Origin: Flavobacteriaceae bacterium
GTDB lineage: Bacteria > Bacteroidota > Bacteroidia > Flavobacteriales > Flavobacteriaceae
Assembly: GCA_965224465.1 (NCBI GenBank)
Contig: OZ245049.1
Coordinates: 480,001-512,000 of the forward strand
Length of the DNA stretch: 32,000 bases
Reading direction: 5' to 3'
Below are positions 6,006 to 15,018 of this stretch, piece after piece. Numbering within the stretch: the first letter of the stretch is position 1; every line of letters begins with the position of its first letter. The notes beneath the pieces are model-generated. The model was not told where the DNA came from and ran no database searches. It saw only the letters and a list, made by a program, of their open reading frames with translations. Both the position numbers and the translations under genes were made by a program.

Positions 6006-9000
6006 CTATTCCAAATAACTCTCAGCCTCCAAATATAGTTGTTCCAATGCATCCTTAATTTCCGCGGATGGATCTTTCCATAAACCACGTTGAATGGCTT
6101 CCAACATACGCTCAGACATGTCTTTTAAGGCCCATTTATTATGTTCTTTTATAAACGCTTTATTTTCATCATCTAACAGATACGCTTCCGTAATGCCTTC
6201 ATACATAAAATCTTCTATCAAATTGGTTGTTGCATCATAGGCAAATAAATAATCCATGGTCGCCGCCATTTCAAAAGCACCTTTATAACCATGGTCTCGC
6301 ATTCCCTGCATCCATTTTGGATTTACCACTCTAGAACGATATACCTTGTGCAACTCTTCCTTAAGGGTTTTTATTTTTGGATTATCTGGTCTTGAATGAT
6401 CTCCAAAAAATGTTTCTGGTGCCACTCCTTTCATCTTGGTTACTGCCGCAGTCATCCCACCTTGGAATTGGTAATAATCGTCAGAGTCTAATATATCGTG
6501 CTCTCTATTGTCTTGATTTTGAAGCACAACATCAATGTTTTCTAATCGCTTTTCAAAACATTCATGTGCAGATGTTCCTTCATTTTTTGCTCCGTGATAC
6601 GCATAGCCGCCCCAATTGATATACACTTGAGCTAAATCCTCCTGAGTCTCCCAGTTTTTTCCATCAATCAACCCTTGTAAACCTGCTCCATAGGCACCTG
6701 GTTTTGATCCAAAAACTCGATACAACGATTTTTCAGTAGCTTGCTTATCAGAAAGTCCTTCTGCCATCCACGAGGCTCTTTCGCTTTCAAAGCGTTGTTT
6801 TATGGGATTCAATTCATATTCTTCGTCCAAAGACGCTATTTTTTCCACAGCGGCATTGAATAATGAAATCACATCAGGAAAAGCATCTCTAAAAAATCCT
6901 GAGATGCGAAGCATTACGTCTACTCTCGGTCTTTTTAATTCCAATAAGGAAAGCACTTCAAAATCTGACACTCTTCTATTGATTCCCGACCAAATAGGAC
7001 GCACTCCCATCAAAGCAAATGCTTGGGCAATATCATCTCCTCCAGTTCTCATCGTAGAAGTTCCCCAAACAGAAATCCCTATAGAACTAGGATATTCTCC
7101 TTGATCTTGAACATAACGATCTATGATATTATTGGCACTTTTCACTCCCAGTTCGTAGGCTGAATTTGTAGGAATGGTTCGCACATCTACCGAATAGAAA
7201 TTCTTTCCCGTTGGCAATAGATCCAAGCGCCCTCTTGTAGGTGCTCCAGAACCTCCTGCTGGTACGTACTTCCCTTCCAATCCTGCTAATAGATTGGTGA
7301 ATTCGTCACTTGTCATTTTAATTTTTTCAAAAGTGACTTCTTTTAACTGTTTCATTACAGAGAATGTAGCAGTTCCTAGACGTTTAAAATCCAACTGCCC
7401 TTGCAATACATCGTCTATATAGTTCTTTGCTATTAATTCTAACAATTCTACCGCTTGCCCCTTGGTTCTACACGCCTGTCCAGAGATACTTCCTGTAAAT
7501 TTCTCTTCAAATACTACATTGATTGGGTCCATCTCCAAACCTAAATCTTTGGCTATTGCTTGTGTAATCCCTAAGGTATTCCCTGTAGGCAATCGGTGTA
7601 AAGCCACTAACAAATCAACGAGTTTTTCCTTGGTAGGATGGCTTCCTAAAATATGTAACCCTCCTCGTATTTGGGCTTCTTTGAGTTCACATAAATAACC
7701 ATCAATCACCTCTAATAAGCTATCAATATCCTTTGCATCATTGTTTAAATCTGATTTTAAATGGCTTGTATTCACCAATTCTTCTATCTTCAATTTAATC
7801 AAATCAGCGCGCCTTGGATCTAACAATGCTGCTTCATAGAACTCGTCTATCAATAATTCCAAACGCAGTAAATAACCATAATTCTCTGCACGTGTCATCG
7901 GAGGAATTAAATGATCGATAATCACTGCATGTGTCCTTCTCTTTGCCTGCGTTCCTTCTCCTGGATCGTTGATAATAAAAGGGTAAAAATGAGGAATTGA
8001 TCCTAAAATAGCAGCAGGAAAACAACTCTCTGAACTCAATGCAACACTTTTCCCTGGCAACCATTCCAAATTCCCGTGTTTTCCCATGTGGATAATTGCA
8101 TCGGCTTTAAAAGAGTGTTGCAACCATACATAATAGGCTAAATAAGCAAAAGTTGGTGGTAAATCTGGCGAGTGATACGTTGCTTGTAAATCTATATCGA
8201 AACCCCTACTCGGCTGAATACTGACAAAAACATTGCCTAGACAAATCCCTGGGATAATAAACTGTCCATTCCTATAATTTGGTGATTCCTCTGGATGTCC
8301 CCAACGTGATTCAATCGTTTTTTTTAATTCCGAAGATAAACGATTGTAGTAGCTATAAAAATCATTTGTAGTTATTGTAATATCAACCTTTGCATGGTAT
8401 CTGGACTCGGGATCGTTGGTCACGTTTTCTGTCAATCGATCTATCAAGGCAGCCACGGTATGAGGAACTGCATCTCCTAAAGAATACCCTTGATTTTCTA
8501 GTTCTTTTAAAAAGTCTACTGTACTCTGCGGAGTATCCAATCCAACGCCATTCGCCAAACGACTATTTTTATTGGGATAATTAGGAACAACAATGGCTAT
8601 TTTCTTATTTTTATTCTCCAATTCCCGCAGTCGAATCCATCCTGCTGCCTGTGCTGCAATGGCAATGCAACCTTCTTCAAAAGCTATATATTGAATCACT
8701 TCTGAATCTGTAAGTGGGTCTTTTTCCAAGATTTCTTTAAAAGAAATAGCGGTTGTAATAATCTTTCCGTCTACCTCAGGCAAAGCTATATTCATTGCTA
8801 CATCTGTTGGTGGTAATCCAAAACTCCCCTCTTTCCATGTCTCTTGATTGCAACTCGCCATAATCGCTTGAAGTACGGGCACATTAAAATCTTGAAACAA
8901 GCCTTTTTCTTTAGTTTCATGAAAGGATTGCAAAGAAAACCCTGTCGTATTAACAATCACACTAGGCACATTTAATTGATAACTTTCTAACAATCCAAGT

Positions 9001-9752
9001 ATCCGTTGTTTAATCGCGGGATCTCTATAACTCAATGCCATCACAGTAACCGCCATCAGCCCTTCTTCTTCCAAAGCTGCTGTCAGACGATCTATCGGAT
9101 CCAAATTAGCGGCTAAATAATAACTTCTATAGCCAAAAATAATAGCTAGAGGTTTTTCAGACTTCGGTAATTTCTCGGTGATTTCTCCAAGGCTTGGATG
9201 GTATAAAAATAAGTCAGGAGTTTCTACTTTCGGAGAAGGTTCAAAGGCGATTCCTAGCCCTATCTTCATAATATTCTGTAAGGCTTGTTTGGTGTTTTCA
9301 AAACCACCTGCCATCAAGTATTTCCATATCATATCCACCTTCATTAATGATATTGATGATTTATTCATCAATTCTAAATCCGGTTTATCATCGCCTGGCA
9401 TCATCACCAAGCAAATATCATTTTCCTCCGTATAATCTATAATTGCTTCACATAAATAAGAAAAATAAGCAGTCCCGCCGAGTAATTTTAAAACCACTAT
9501 TTTGGCATGTGAAACCACTTCTTCTATATAAGTATCAACCGTGAGTTCTTGTTTAAAATAGCTCAAATTTGCCAATCGCAAACTAGGAAGCACTTTATGT
9601 TCTTTGCACAACGTGCCATATACCTTATTAAAAAGAAATAAATCGGTATCAGCAGCAGATAAAAATAAAATATCTCCGGGTGTTTGCTGAATATAAAAAA
9701 CACCTTCATCGTTCGGGTTCCATCCTCCAGGAATGGTTGAAATTAAATGCAT
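6006..9752 (-). CDS. cobN: Cobaltochelatase large subunit CobN
   Basis: 1248 aa, the size of the CobN/ChlH family. It has an N-terminal DILFLSAADTDL motif and family-like sequence throughout. ATG at 9752-9750. Confidence 0.9.
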   Translation of the reverse strand: MHLISTIPGGWNPNDEGVFYIQQTPGDILFLSAADTDLFLFNKVYGTLCKEHKVLPSLRLANLSYFKQELTVDTYIEEVVSHAKIVVLKLLGGTAYFSYLCEAIIDYTEENDICLVMMPGDDKPDLELMNKSSISLMKVDMIWKYLMAGGFENTKQALQNIMKIGLGIAFEPSPKVETPDLFLYHPSLGEITEKLPKSEKPLAIIFGYRSYYLAANLDPIDRLTAALEEEGLMAVTVMALSYRDPAIKQRILGLLESYQLNVPSVIVNTTGFSLQSFHETKEKGLFQDFNVPVLQAIMASCNQETWKEGSFGLPPTDVAMNIALPEVDGKIITTAISFKEILEKDPLTDSEVIQYIAFEEGCIAIAAQAAGWIRLRELENKNKKIAIVVPNYPNKNSRLANGVGLDTPQSTVDFLKELENQGYSLGDAVPHTVAALIDRLTENVTNDPESRYHAKVDITITTNDFYSYYNRLSSELKKTIESRWGHPEESPNYRNGQFIIPGICLGNVFVSIQPSRGFDIDLQATYHSPDLPPTFAYLAYYVWLQHSFKADAIIHMGKHGNLEWLPGKSVALSSESCFPAAILGSIPHFYPFIINDPGEGTQAKRRTHAVIIDHLIPPMTRAENYGYLLRLELLIDEFYEAALLDPRRADLIKLKIEELVNTSHLKSDLNNDAKDIDSLLEVIDGYLCELKEAQIRGGLHILGSHPTKEKLVDLLVALHRLPTGNTLGITQAIAKDLGLEMDPINVVFEEKFTGSISGQACRTKGQAVELLELIAKNYIDDVLQGQLDFKRLGTATFSVMKQLKEVTFEKIKMTSDEFTNLLAGLEGKYVPAGGSGAPTRGRLDLLPTGKNFYSVDVRTIPTNSAYELGVKSANNIIDRYVQDQGEYPSSIGISVWGTSTMRTGGDDIAQAFALMGVRPIWSGINRRVSDFEVLSLLELKRPRVDVMLRISGFFRDAFPDVISLFNAAVEKIASLDEEYELNPIKQRFESERASWMAEGLSDKQATEKSLYRVFGSKPGAYGAGLQGLIDGKNWETQEDLAQVYINWGGYAYHGAKNEGTSAHECFEKRLENIDVVLQNQDNREHDILDSDDYYQFQGGMTAAVTKMKGVAPETFFGDHSRPDNPKIKTLKEELHKVYRSRVVNPKWMQGMRDHGYKGAFEMAATMDYLFAYDATTNLIEDFMYEGITEAYLLDDENKAFIKEHNKWALKDMSERMLEAIQRGLWKDPSAEIKDALEQLYLEAESYLE

Positions 9753-9829
9753 TACTTAAATTATTAATGTTATTTCTATTCTTATTTATTTTAAATATCA
9801 AGCTATATCTACAACAGCTATGCAACGAT

Positions 9830-9864
9830 TTATACCAAATCCAAAATAACCGGTATAAACAGTT
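9830..9864 (-). promoter_or_regulatory. Conserved R-box 78-112 nt upstream of the cobN start (candidate promoter or operator)
   Basis: The minus strand reads AACTGTTTATACCGGTTATTTTGGATTTGGTATA. It matches AACTATTTATATCAGTTATTTTGGATTGTAAATTGGTAT upstream of cobW and a third copy at 29972-30008. TTATTTTGG resembles the Bacteroidota -7 element TAnnTTTG but does not equal it. Confidence 0.35.
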
Positions 9865-9951
9865 TGTAAAAACAATGCTATTCCCAAACAATTACTTGGA
9901 AATACATATGGTATTATCAACAGATATCATTTTTTCCTTTACAGTTATCAA

Positions 9952-10269
9952 TTGAATGAAACAACTCTTATAAAATCTTCTATATTTACAGAAAAACTAT
10001 TTTATATGTTAGACAAACTATTCTTAAGTAAATTGACAAAAAAAGGAAAAATCTACTATTGGGTATTACAACTTTCCATCGATATCGCATTTATTGGAGC
10101 GCTATTCCTGTTTTACAACTACACCTTTAATTCCCTCATGGAAGAAGGCAGAAACATACTATTAATTGGAGTTATTGCCTCTGCCGTCCTATCTGGTATA
10201 ATTTGCCTTAACTTATGGAAAAAACCAACAGATACGGACACTACTTTATCTTCTAATTCCAATAACTAA
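9952..10269 (+). CDS. Hypothetical small membrane protein (two predicted TM segments)
   Basis: ORF only. The track start is TTG and the first in-frame ATG is at 10006. Hydrophobic stretches are IDIAFIGALFLFY and LLIGVIASAVLSGIICL. I recognise no family. Confidence 0.3.
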   Translation: MNETTLIKSSIFTEKLFYMLDKLFLSKLTKKGKIYYWVLQLSIDIAFIGALFLFYNYTFNSLMEEGRNILLIGVIASAVLSGIICLNLWKKPTDTDTTLSSNSNN

Positions 10270-10294
10270 TCGTTTAAAATTAGAAAAGCACTCG

Positions 10295-10405
10295 GTTGTT
10301 AAAAAACAGAACGATAGCTAAGGCTATTCGTATATTTTTTGCCTAGCTAAAACAAAAAACAATTCCATTTCTAATCCGTAATTTGGAAATGGAATTGGTA
10401 TTATA
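10295..10405. repeat. R-family intergenic repeat, copy R1
   Basis: Aligns with 12256-12367. It shares GTTGTTAAAAAACAGAACGATAGCTA-GGCTAT, GCCTAGCTAAAACAAAAAA and an AATTCCATTTC...GAAATGG hairpin. Confidence 0.8.
10349..10396 (-). terminator. Rho-independent terminator after the half-MFS gene
   Basis: An 11-bp stem AATTCCATTTC/GAAATGGAATT is followed on the minus strand by GTTTTTTGTTTT. Confidence 0.6.
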
Positions 10406-10417
10406 TCTTGTTTTTGT

Positions 10418-10999
10418 CTAGCTACTTACCTTTGCACCTAAGAGAACACCTGTCTTTTCTTCTCTGATTAATAAAGACAATAATCCAGAAGCAACCGCAA
10501 AACTAGCCATTACACCAAACAGCACATTAAATCCAAAACGCATTGCAAAAAGTCCTCCTAAAATAGCAGCGATCCCTTCAAATATTGACCTGTAACCAAA
10601 GAAATTAGCATATAAATGGCGTTCTTTTCCTTTTTCAAGTGACGTTGCAATAATAGCACTCCACGAAGGATTGATGACCGTTTCTCCTAAAGATATAATC
10701 CCTTGAATAAGAAAAACATCCAAGGGTTTATCTGCGAACATATATGCTAAATAGCCAATGCCCATTACAGTATATCCAATACACATCATAATTCGCTTAC
10801 TAAATAATTCTTCTTTAATACGTCCGAAAATAAAATAGAACACTCCTTTTAACAAAGCGTAAATTCCGATTGCTATCCCAGCATCTATCAAATCACCTCC
10901 AATATCCTTGATAAAAATAGCATAAATTGGTGCTAATAAATTGGCTCCTGAATGAATTAGAATAGAAGTTAATAAAAGAATTTTGACGTTTTTATGCAT
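10418..10999 (-). CDS. Half-size (6-TM) MFS-like membrane protein
   Basis: 193 aa with six hydrophobic segments. It has a motif-A-like loop GRIKEELFSKR between TM2 and TM3. Its ATG lies 2 nt after the cobW stop. Confidence 0.6.
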   Translation of the reverse strand: MHKNVKILLLTSILIHSGANLLAPIYAIFIKDIGGDLIDAGIAIGIYALLKGVFYFIFGRIKEELFSKRIMMCIGYTVMGIGYLAYMFADKPLDVFLIQGIISLGETVINPSWSAIIATSLEKGKERHLYANFFGYRSIFEGIAAILGGLFAMRFGFNVLFGVMASFAVASGLLSLLIREEKTGVLLGAKVSS

Positions 11000-11001
11000 G
11001 A

Positions 11002-12021
11002 TTAAATAGTTACTTTAGACGCTTTAAGATTTCTACCTATAAGCACCAAACTGGTTTTGCGTTCTTCCCCTTCTTTCCACGCTCTATCAAAATAGTAATC
11101 AAAACGTTCTCCTACACCTTGCAATACCATACGCATCGGTTTGTTTGGAATGTTTACAAAACCTTTTATTCTGTATATCTCCTCTGTTTGTACCCTTGCT
11201 TTTAAAGATTTTACCAATGCTTTTATATCAGGTGTTTCCTGACTTAGTTCCACAATGGTTTTAATAGAATCATCGTGTTCGTGATCATGTCCATGATTGT
11301 GGTGATGCTCATGAATAGAGTGGCGGTTGTCCAAATCTTCTTCTGTAGCAGCTTCAATCCCTAATAACAACTCATTATTAATCTGACCATTTACAATCGG
11401 AATAATTTTAATATTAGGTCTAGCCTTACTGATAATTAATTGTTTTACATCTTCCAAAGAAGCAGCATTCTCCAATAAATCTGTCTTACTCACCAGTACC
11501 AAATCCGCACAAGACAATTGGTCTAAGAATAATTCTTCAATAGGAGTCTCATGATCCAAAGAATCATCTGCCAATCGTTGGGCTTGCACTTTTTCTCTAT
11601 CGCATAAATCACCCGTAATCATTCCCACTGCATCTACCACTGTAATTACGGCATCTATAGTGATGTGAGGTTTTAAATCTGGCCAGTTTACAGCACGTAC
11701 TAGTGGTTTCGGCATTGCCAATCCAGAAGTTTCTATTACAATATGATCAATATCCTCTTTACGAGAAATCAAATCCAACATCGCTGGTAAAAACTCTTCT
11801 TGTACCGTACAGCAAATACAGCCATTTGCCAACTCAATCAAGTTGCAGCTATCATCTCCACAGCCTGACTTGATGATATCTCCATCAATCCCTACCTCTC
11901 CAAATTCGTTTACCAATACAGCGATACGCTTGCCATTGGCATTTTTTATCATATTATGTACTAAGGTGGTTTTCCCCACTCCTAGAAATCCTGTTATTAT
12001 TGTAATTGGTATTTTTCTCAT
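11002..12021 (-). CDS. cobW: CobW-type COG0523 GTPase metallochaperone
   Basis: P-loop GFLGVGKTTL, the GCICC (CxCC) metal motif, and a His-rich stretch HEHHHNHGHDHEHDD. 339 aa. Confidence 0.9.
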   Translation of the reverse strand: MRKIPITIITGFLGVGKTTLVHNMIKNANGKRIAVLVNEFGEVGIDGDIIKSGCGDDSCNLIELANGCICCTVQEEFLPAMLDLISRKEDIDHIVIETSGLAMPKPLVRAVNWPDLKPHITIDAVITVVDAVGMITGDLCDREKVQAQRLADDSLDHETPIEELFLDQLSCADLVLVSKTDLLENAASLEDVKQLIISKARPNIKIIPIVNGQINNELLLGIEAATEEDLDNRHSIHEHHHNHGHDHEHDDSIKTIVELSQETPDIKALVKSLKARVQTEEIYRIKGFVNIPNKPMRMVLQGVGERFDYYFDRAWKEGEERKTSLVLIGRNLKASKVTI

Positions 12022-12200
12022 CTTTTGTTGTTGTTGTTTGTTTGTTGATAGCGAAATAGATACAGATCTTTATAACACAAGAATCAAGACGTGCAACTTT
12101 GCCTTGAAATGCACTTTCTTATTCCAATTCTTGCAGACCATCCTATCTCCGAATTAATTATTCCATTTCTAAATTTTCACTTGAAAATGTATTTGGTACG

Positions 12201-12239
12201 ATACCAATTTACAATCCAAAATAACTGATATAAATAGTT
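12201..12239 (-). promoter_or_regulatory. Conserved R-box 180-218 nt upstream of the cobW start
   Basis: See 9830-9864. Confidence 0.3.
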
Positions 12240-12310
12240 CGTTTTACATTCTAGCGTTGTTAAAAAACAGAACGATAGCTATGGCTATCCTTCCATTTTC
12301 CGCCTAGCTA

Positions 12311-12352
12311 AAACAAAAAATAATTCCATTTCTTAACCTTCACTTAGAAATG
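12311..12352 (-). terminator. Terminator-like hairpin after the adenosyltransferase gene
   Basis: On the minus strand, CATTTCT-(12 nt)-AGAAATG is followed by GAATTATTTTTTGTTTT. Confidence 0.5.
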
Positions 12353-12361
12353 TATTTGGTA

Positions 12362-12958
12362 TTATTCACCAGTAACTACACGCTTTTTCTTGCGTTTGTA
12401 CAAAAATAAATTCCATTTTTCTTCAGCAAGTCCAAATTTATCCATTTCAGCACGCGCCAAAATAAAGAACAGATCAGAAAGTCTGTTGATATAAGAAGAG
12501 ATATAGTCATGCACACATTCAGGATCTTCATGCATCAAGGTAACCATGGAACGTTCTCCTCTACGGATTTGTGTTCTACACACGTGGCATAAAGCAGAAA
12601 TTTCGTTTCCTCCTGGTAGTAAAAAATAATCAGAAGGCGCAGACATTGCAGCTTCTAAAGCATCGATCCATTCTTCACAAAATACGGGACCATCTGTAGG
12701 TTTCGGGTTTGGATTTTCTTTTTTTGAATCTGATGGTCTCGCCAAATGAGACATCATATTCATCATATCTTTTTGAATGCGTTGTAAATTAGCTTGCCAT
12801 TCATGGTCGTTTCCCAATTTTGAGCGCAACAATCCGATGGTGGAGTTTGCCTCATCCAAAGTACCAATACAATTAATTCGTGCAGAATCTTTAAATTCTC
12901 TTTTCCCTCCAAAGACACCTGTTTTTCCAGTATCTCCTTTTCTTGTGTAAATATTCAT
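12362..12958 (-). CDS. pduO: PduO-type ATP:cob(I)alamin adenosyltransferase
   Basis: The N-terminus IYTRKGDTGKTG and helical-bundle sequence (LDEANSTIGL, RLSDLFFILAR) are typical of the PduO/MMAB family. 198 aa. Confidence 0.85.
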   Translation of the reverse strand: MNIYTRKGDTGKTGVFGGKREFKDSARINCIGTLDEANSTIGLLRSKLGNDHEWQANLQRIQKDMMNMMSHLARPSDSKKENPNPKPTDGPVFCEEWIDALEAAMSAPSDYFLLPGGNEISALCHVCRTQIRRGERSMVTLMHEDPECVHDYISSYINRLSDLFFILARAEMDKFGLAEEKWNLFLYKRKKKRVVTGE

Positions 12959-13024
12959 AATTCGTTAGTTTTATCCCACTATGTGGGGTTTATTATTAGT
13001 AGTATTTAATTTTTTTCGATTTTA

Positions 13025-13663
13025 TTACCATTGATCATAATGAGTAATATCTTCAAGCTTTAATCGTGGCAACCAGCCAACTTTCTCTAGTTCTGGTTTT
13101 TCGTGAAACTGCGAGACATATCCTACACATAAATATGCGATAGGCGTGATATGTGAAGGAATCCCTAAGGCATCACGCAATGTTTGATGGTTGATAATAC
13201 TTACCCATCCCACTCCAAGATTCTCTGCCCTAGCGGCTAACCATAAGTTCTGCACAGCACATACAGCACTGTATAAATCCATTTCTTTATTCTCTGTCCT
13301 CCCAATTACTACGGGGCCTGTACGTTGTTGATCGCAGGTGATACAAATTCCAATAGGACTTTCTAAAATCCCTTCAAGTTTTAAACGTTTATAGGTAGTT
13401 TTACGTTCGCCTTTAAATAATTCAGCAGCTTCTTTATGCGCTATTTGAAAACCATCTTTTACCTTTTGCTTCACCGCTTGATCTTTAACCACAATAAAAT
13501 CCCAAGGCTGCATAAAACCAACGCTTGGCGCATGATGTGCAGCCTTTAAAATACGCTGTAACACCTCTTCTGGAATAGGATCCGATTTGAATTCTCCACG
13601 TACATCACGTCTGTTAAATATTGTTTTGTACACGGCATCACGTTCTTCTTGATTGATCAACAT
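13025..13663 (-). CDS. bluB: 5,6-dimethylbenzimidazole synthase BluB (nitroreductase fold)
   Basis: 212 aa with the FNRRDVRGEF motif and nitroreductase-like sequence, in B12 context. Confidence 0.85.
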   Translation of the reverse strand: MLINQEERDAVYKTIFNRRDVRGEFKSDPIPEEVLQRILKAAHHAPSVGFMQPWDFIVVKDQAVKQKVKDGFQIAHKEAAELFKGERKTTYKRLKLEGILESPIGICITCDQQRTGPVVIGRTENKEMDLYSAVCAVQNLWLAARAENLGVGWVSIINHQTLRDALGIPSHITPIAYLCVGYVSQFHEKPELEKVGWLPRLKLEDITHYDQW

Positions 13664-13665
13664 AA

Positions 13666-15018
13666 TTATATGGTTTTAGCTGTTTTAAGTAAGGAACCCT
13701 CACTTGGTTCTAATTCGTTTAGGAGTACTTCCAAGAGCTCCTTTGTGCCAAAATACACGTGGATATAGGAAGCCCAAACATTATTACAACGGTAAATTTT
13801 TGTTTCCAAGGATTGTTTCCTAGCATTGATTACAGTTCCTTTGGTTGGCATCCCTGCATCTTTAATTATTTTAGAATAATGAAACTCATGCCCCTTTAAT
13901 ACCTTCGTATCAATACATATAGTACGGTAGCCTAGAGACAATTTCATATCTTTCATAGTGGCTGAAAAATCAAAGAATCCACACATCTTGTATTTTTCAC
14001 CTTTCTCATCCTTAATTTCTTTTCCTAAATACATCATCCCTCCACATTCTGCAATTATTTTACCACCCCCTAAGGCAAAGGATTTTATTGCTGTACGCAT
14101 ACGGCTATTCGCAGACAACGTTTTTAAATAAAACTCTGGATATCCTCCAGGCAAATACAAAAGGTCACATATCGGAAAAATACGATCGTGTAAAGGACTG
14201 AAAAAAGTAACGTTTCCAAGTTCCTTTAAAGCGACTATATTTTGAACATAACTAAAATTAAAAGCCTCATCATTGGCAACAGCAATTTCAACTGTTTTTT
14301 GTGATACTGAATTTGAAGGAACACAGTACTCAGGAGTTGTTAACAAACAACAAGCTATCAGATCGGAAATAGCGACTGTCTTTTCCATGGCTTGCGCAAT
14401 GGTGTCTATCATTGGAGCATAGTGTTCCATTTCTTCAATAGACAAACCCAAATGCCTTGACGGAATCTCACAATCAGCAATATAAGGCACATAACCAAAA
14501 GATCTAATACCAACATCCTCACAAGCTTCTTTTAGAAACTGATAATGACTCTCTGTATTTACCCTATTAAAAATGACACCTGCTATAATTACTTCTGGAT
14601 CAAAATTGATAAAACCATACAGCAATGGCGCTACTGAATATGCCACAGATTTTGCGTCAACCACTAAAATCACAGGGATTTTTAATAATTTGGACATGGC
14701 TGCCGTACTTCCTTCAGATTTCCGAGCACCATCAAACAAGCCCATGACTCCTTCTATACAAACCGCACCTTTATTCTTAGAAAATGCAGCATACGTTTGG
14801 TGGATATCATCCTCCGTCATCATATAAGAATCCAAATTAACTCCCACTTGACCACAGGCAACTTTATGAAATTTAGGATCTATATAATCTGGTCCTACTT
14901 TAAATGGTTGCGTTAATAAACCCCTATTTCCCAAGGCACGTAATAGCCCCAAAGTAATCGTTGTTTTCCCAGAATTACTGGTAGGTGCTGCAATAATAAA
15001 TTGAGGAATTTTAGACAT
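13666..15018 (-). CDS. cbiA: Cobyrinate a,c-diamide synthase (CbiA/CobB)
   Basis: 450 aa. N-terminal APTSNSGKTTITLGLLRAL ATP-binding motif and a C-terminal glutamine amidotransferase-like domain (ECGGMMYLG). Confidence 0.85.
   Translation of the reverse strand: MSKIPQFIIAAPTSNSGKTTITLGLLRALGNRGLLTQPFKVGPDYIDPKFHKVACGQVGVNLDSYMMTEDDIHQTYAAFSKNKGAVCIEGVMGLFDGARKSEGSTAAMSKLLKIPVILVVDAKSVAYSVAPLLYGFINFDPEVIIAGVIFNRVNTESHYQFLKEACEDVGIRSFGYVPYIADCEIPSRHLGLSIEEMEHYAPMIDTIAQAMEKTVAISDLIACCLLTTPEYCVPSNSVSQKTVEIAVANDEAFNFSYVQNIVALKELGNVTFFSPLHDRIFPICDLLYLPGGYPEFYLKTLSANSRMRTAIKSFALGGGKIIAECGGMMYLGKEIKDEKGEKYKMCGFFDFSATMKDMKLSLGYRTICIDTKVLKGHEFHYSKIIKDAGMPTKGTVINARKQSLETKIYRCNNVWASYIHVYFGTKELLEVLLNELEPSEGSLLKTAKTI

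Larger units (their letters stand above)
12160..12367. repeat. R-family intergenic repeat, copy R2 (longest copy)
   Basis: It contains two copies of the 38-nt hairpin module (12160-12197 and 12323-12360), the GATAGC-CATA-GCTATC hairpin (as read on the minus strand) and the R-box. Confidence 0.8.

Noticed and set aside
6377-9435. Plus-strand ORFs antisense to cobN (6377-6619, 6802-7104, 7462-7698, 8390-8584, 9178-9435). The same class of ORF lies opposite the other cob/cbi genes.
   Set aside because: They are shadow ORFs opposite long, well-supported genes, with no family resemblance.
9753-9951. Possible second cobalamin riboswitch upstream of cobN (also checked 12022-12361 upstream of cobW)
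   Set aside because: I found no B12 box (AGYCMGGAGACCKGCC) and no AAGGGAA...GCTG..CCCGCAACTGTAA core on either strand.
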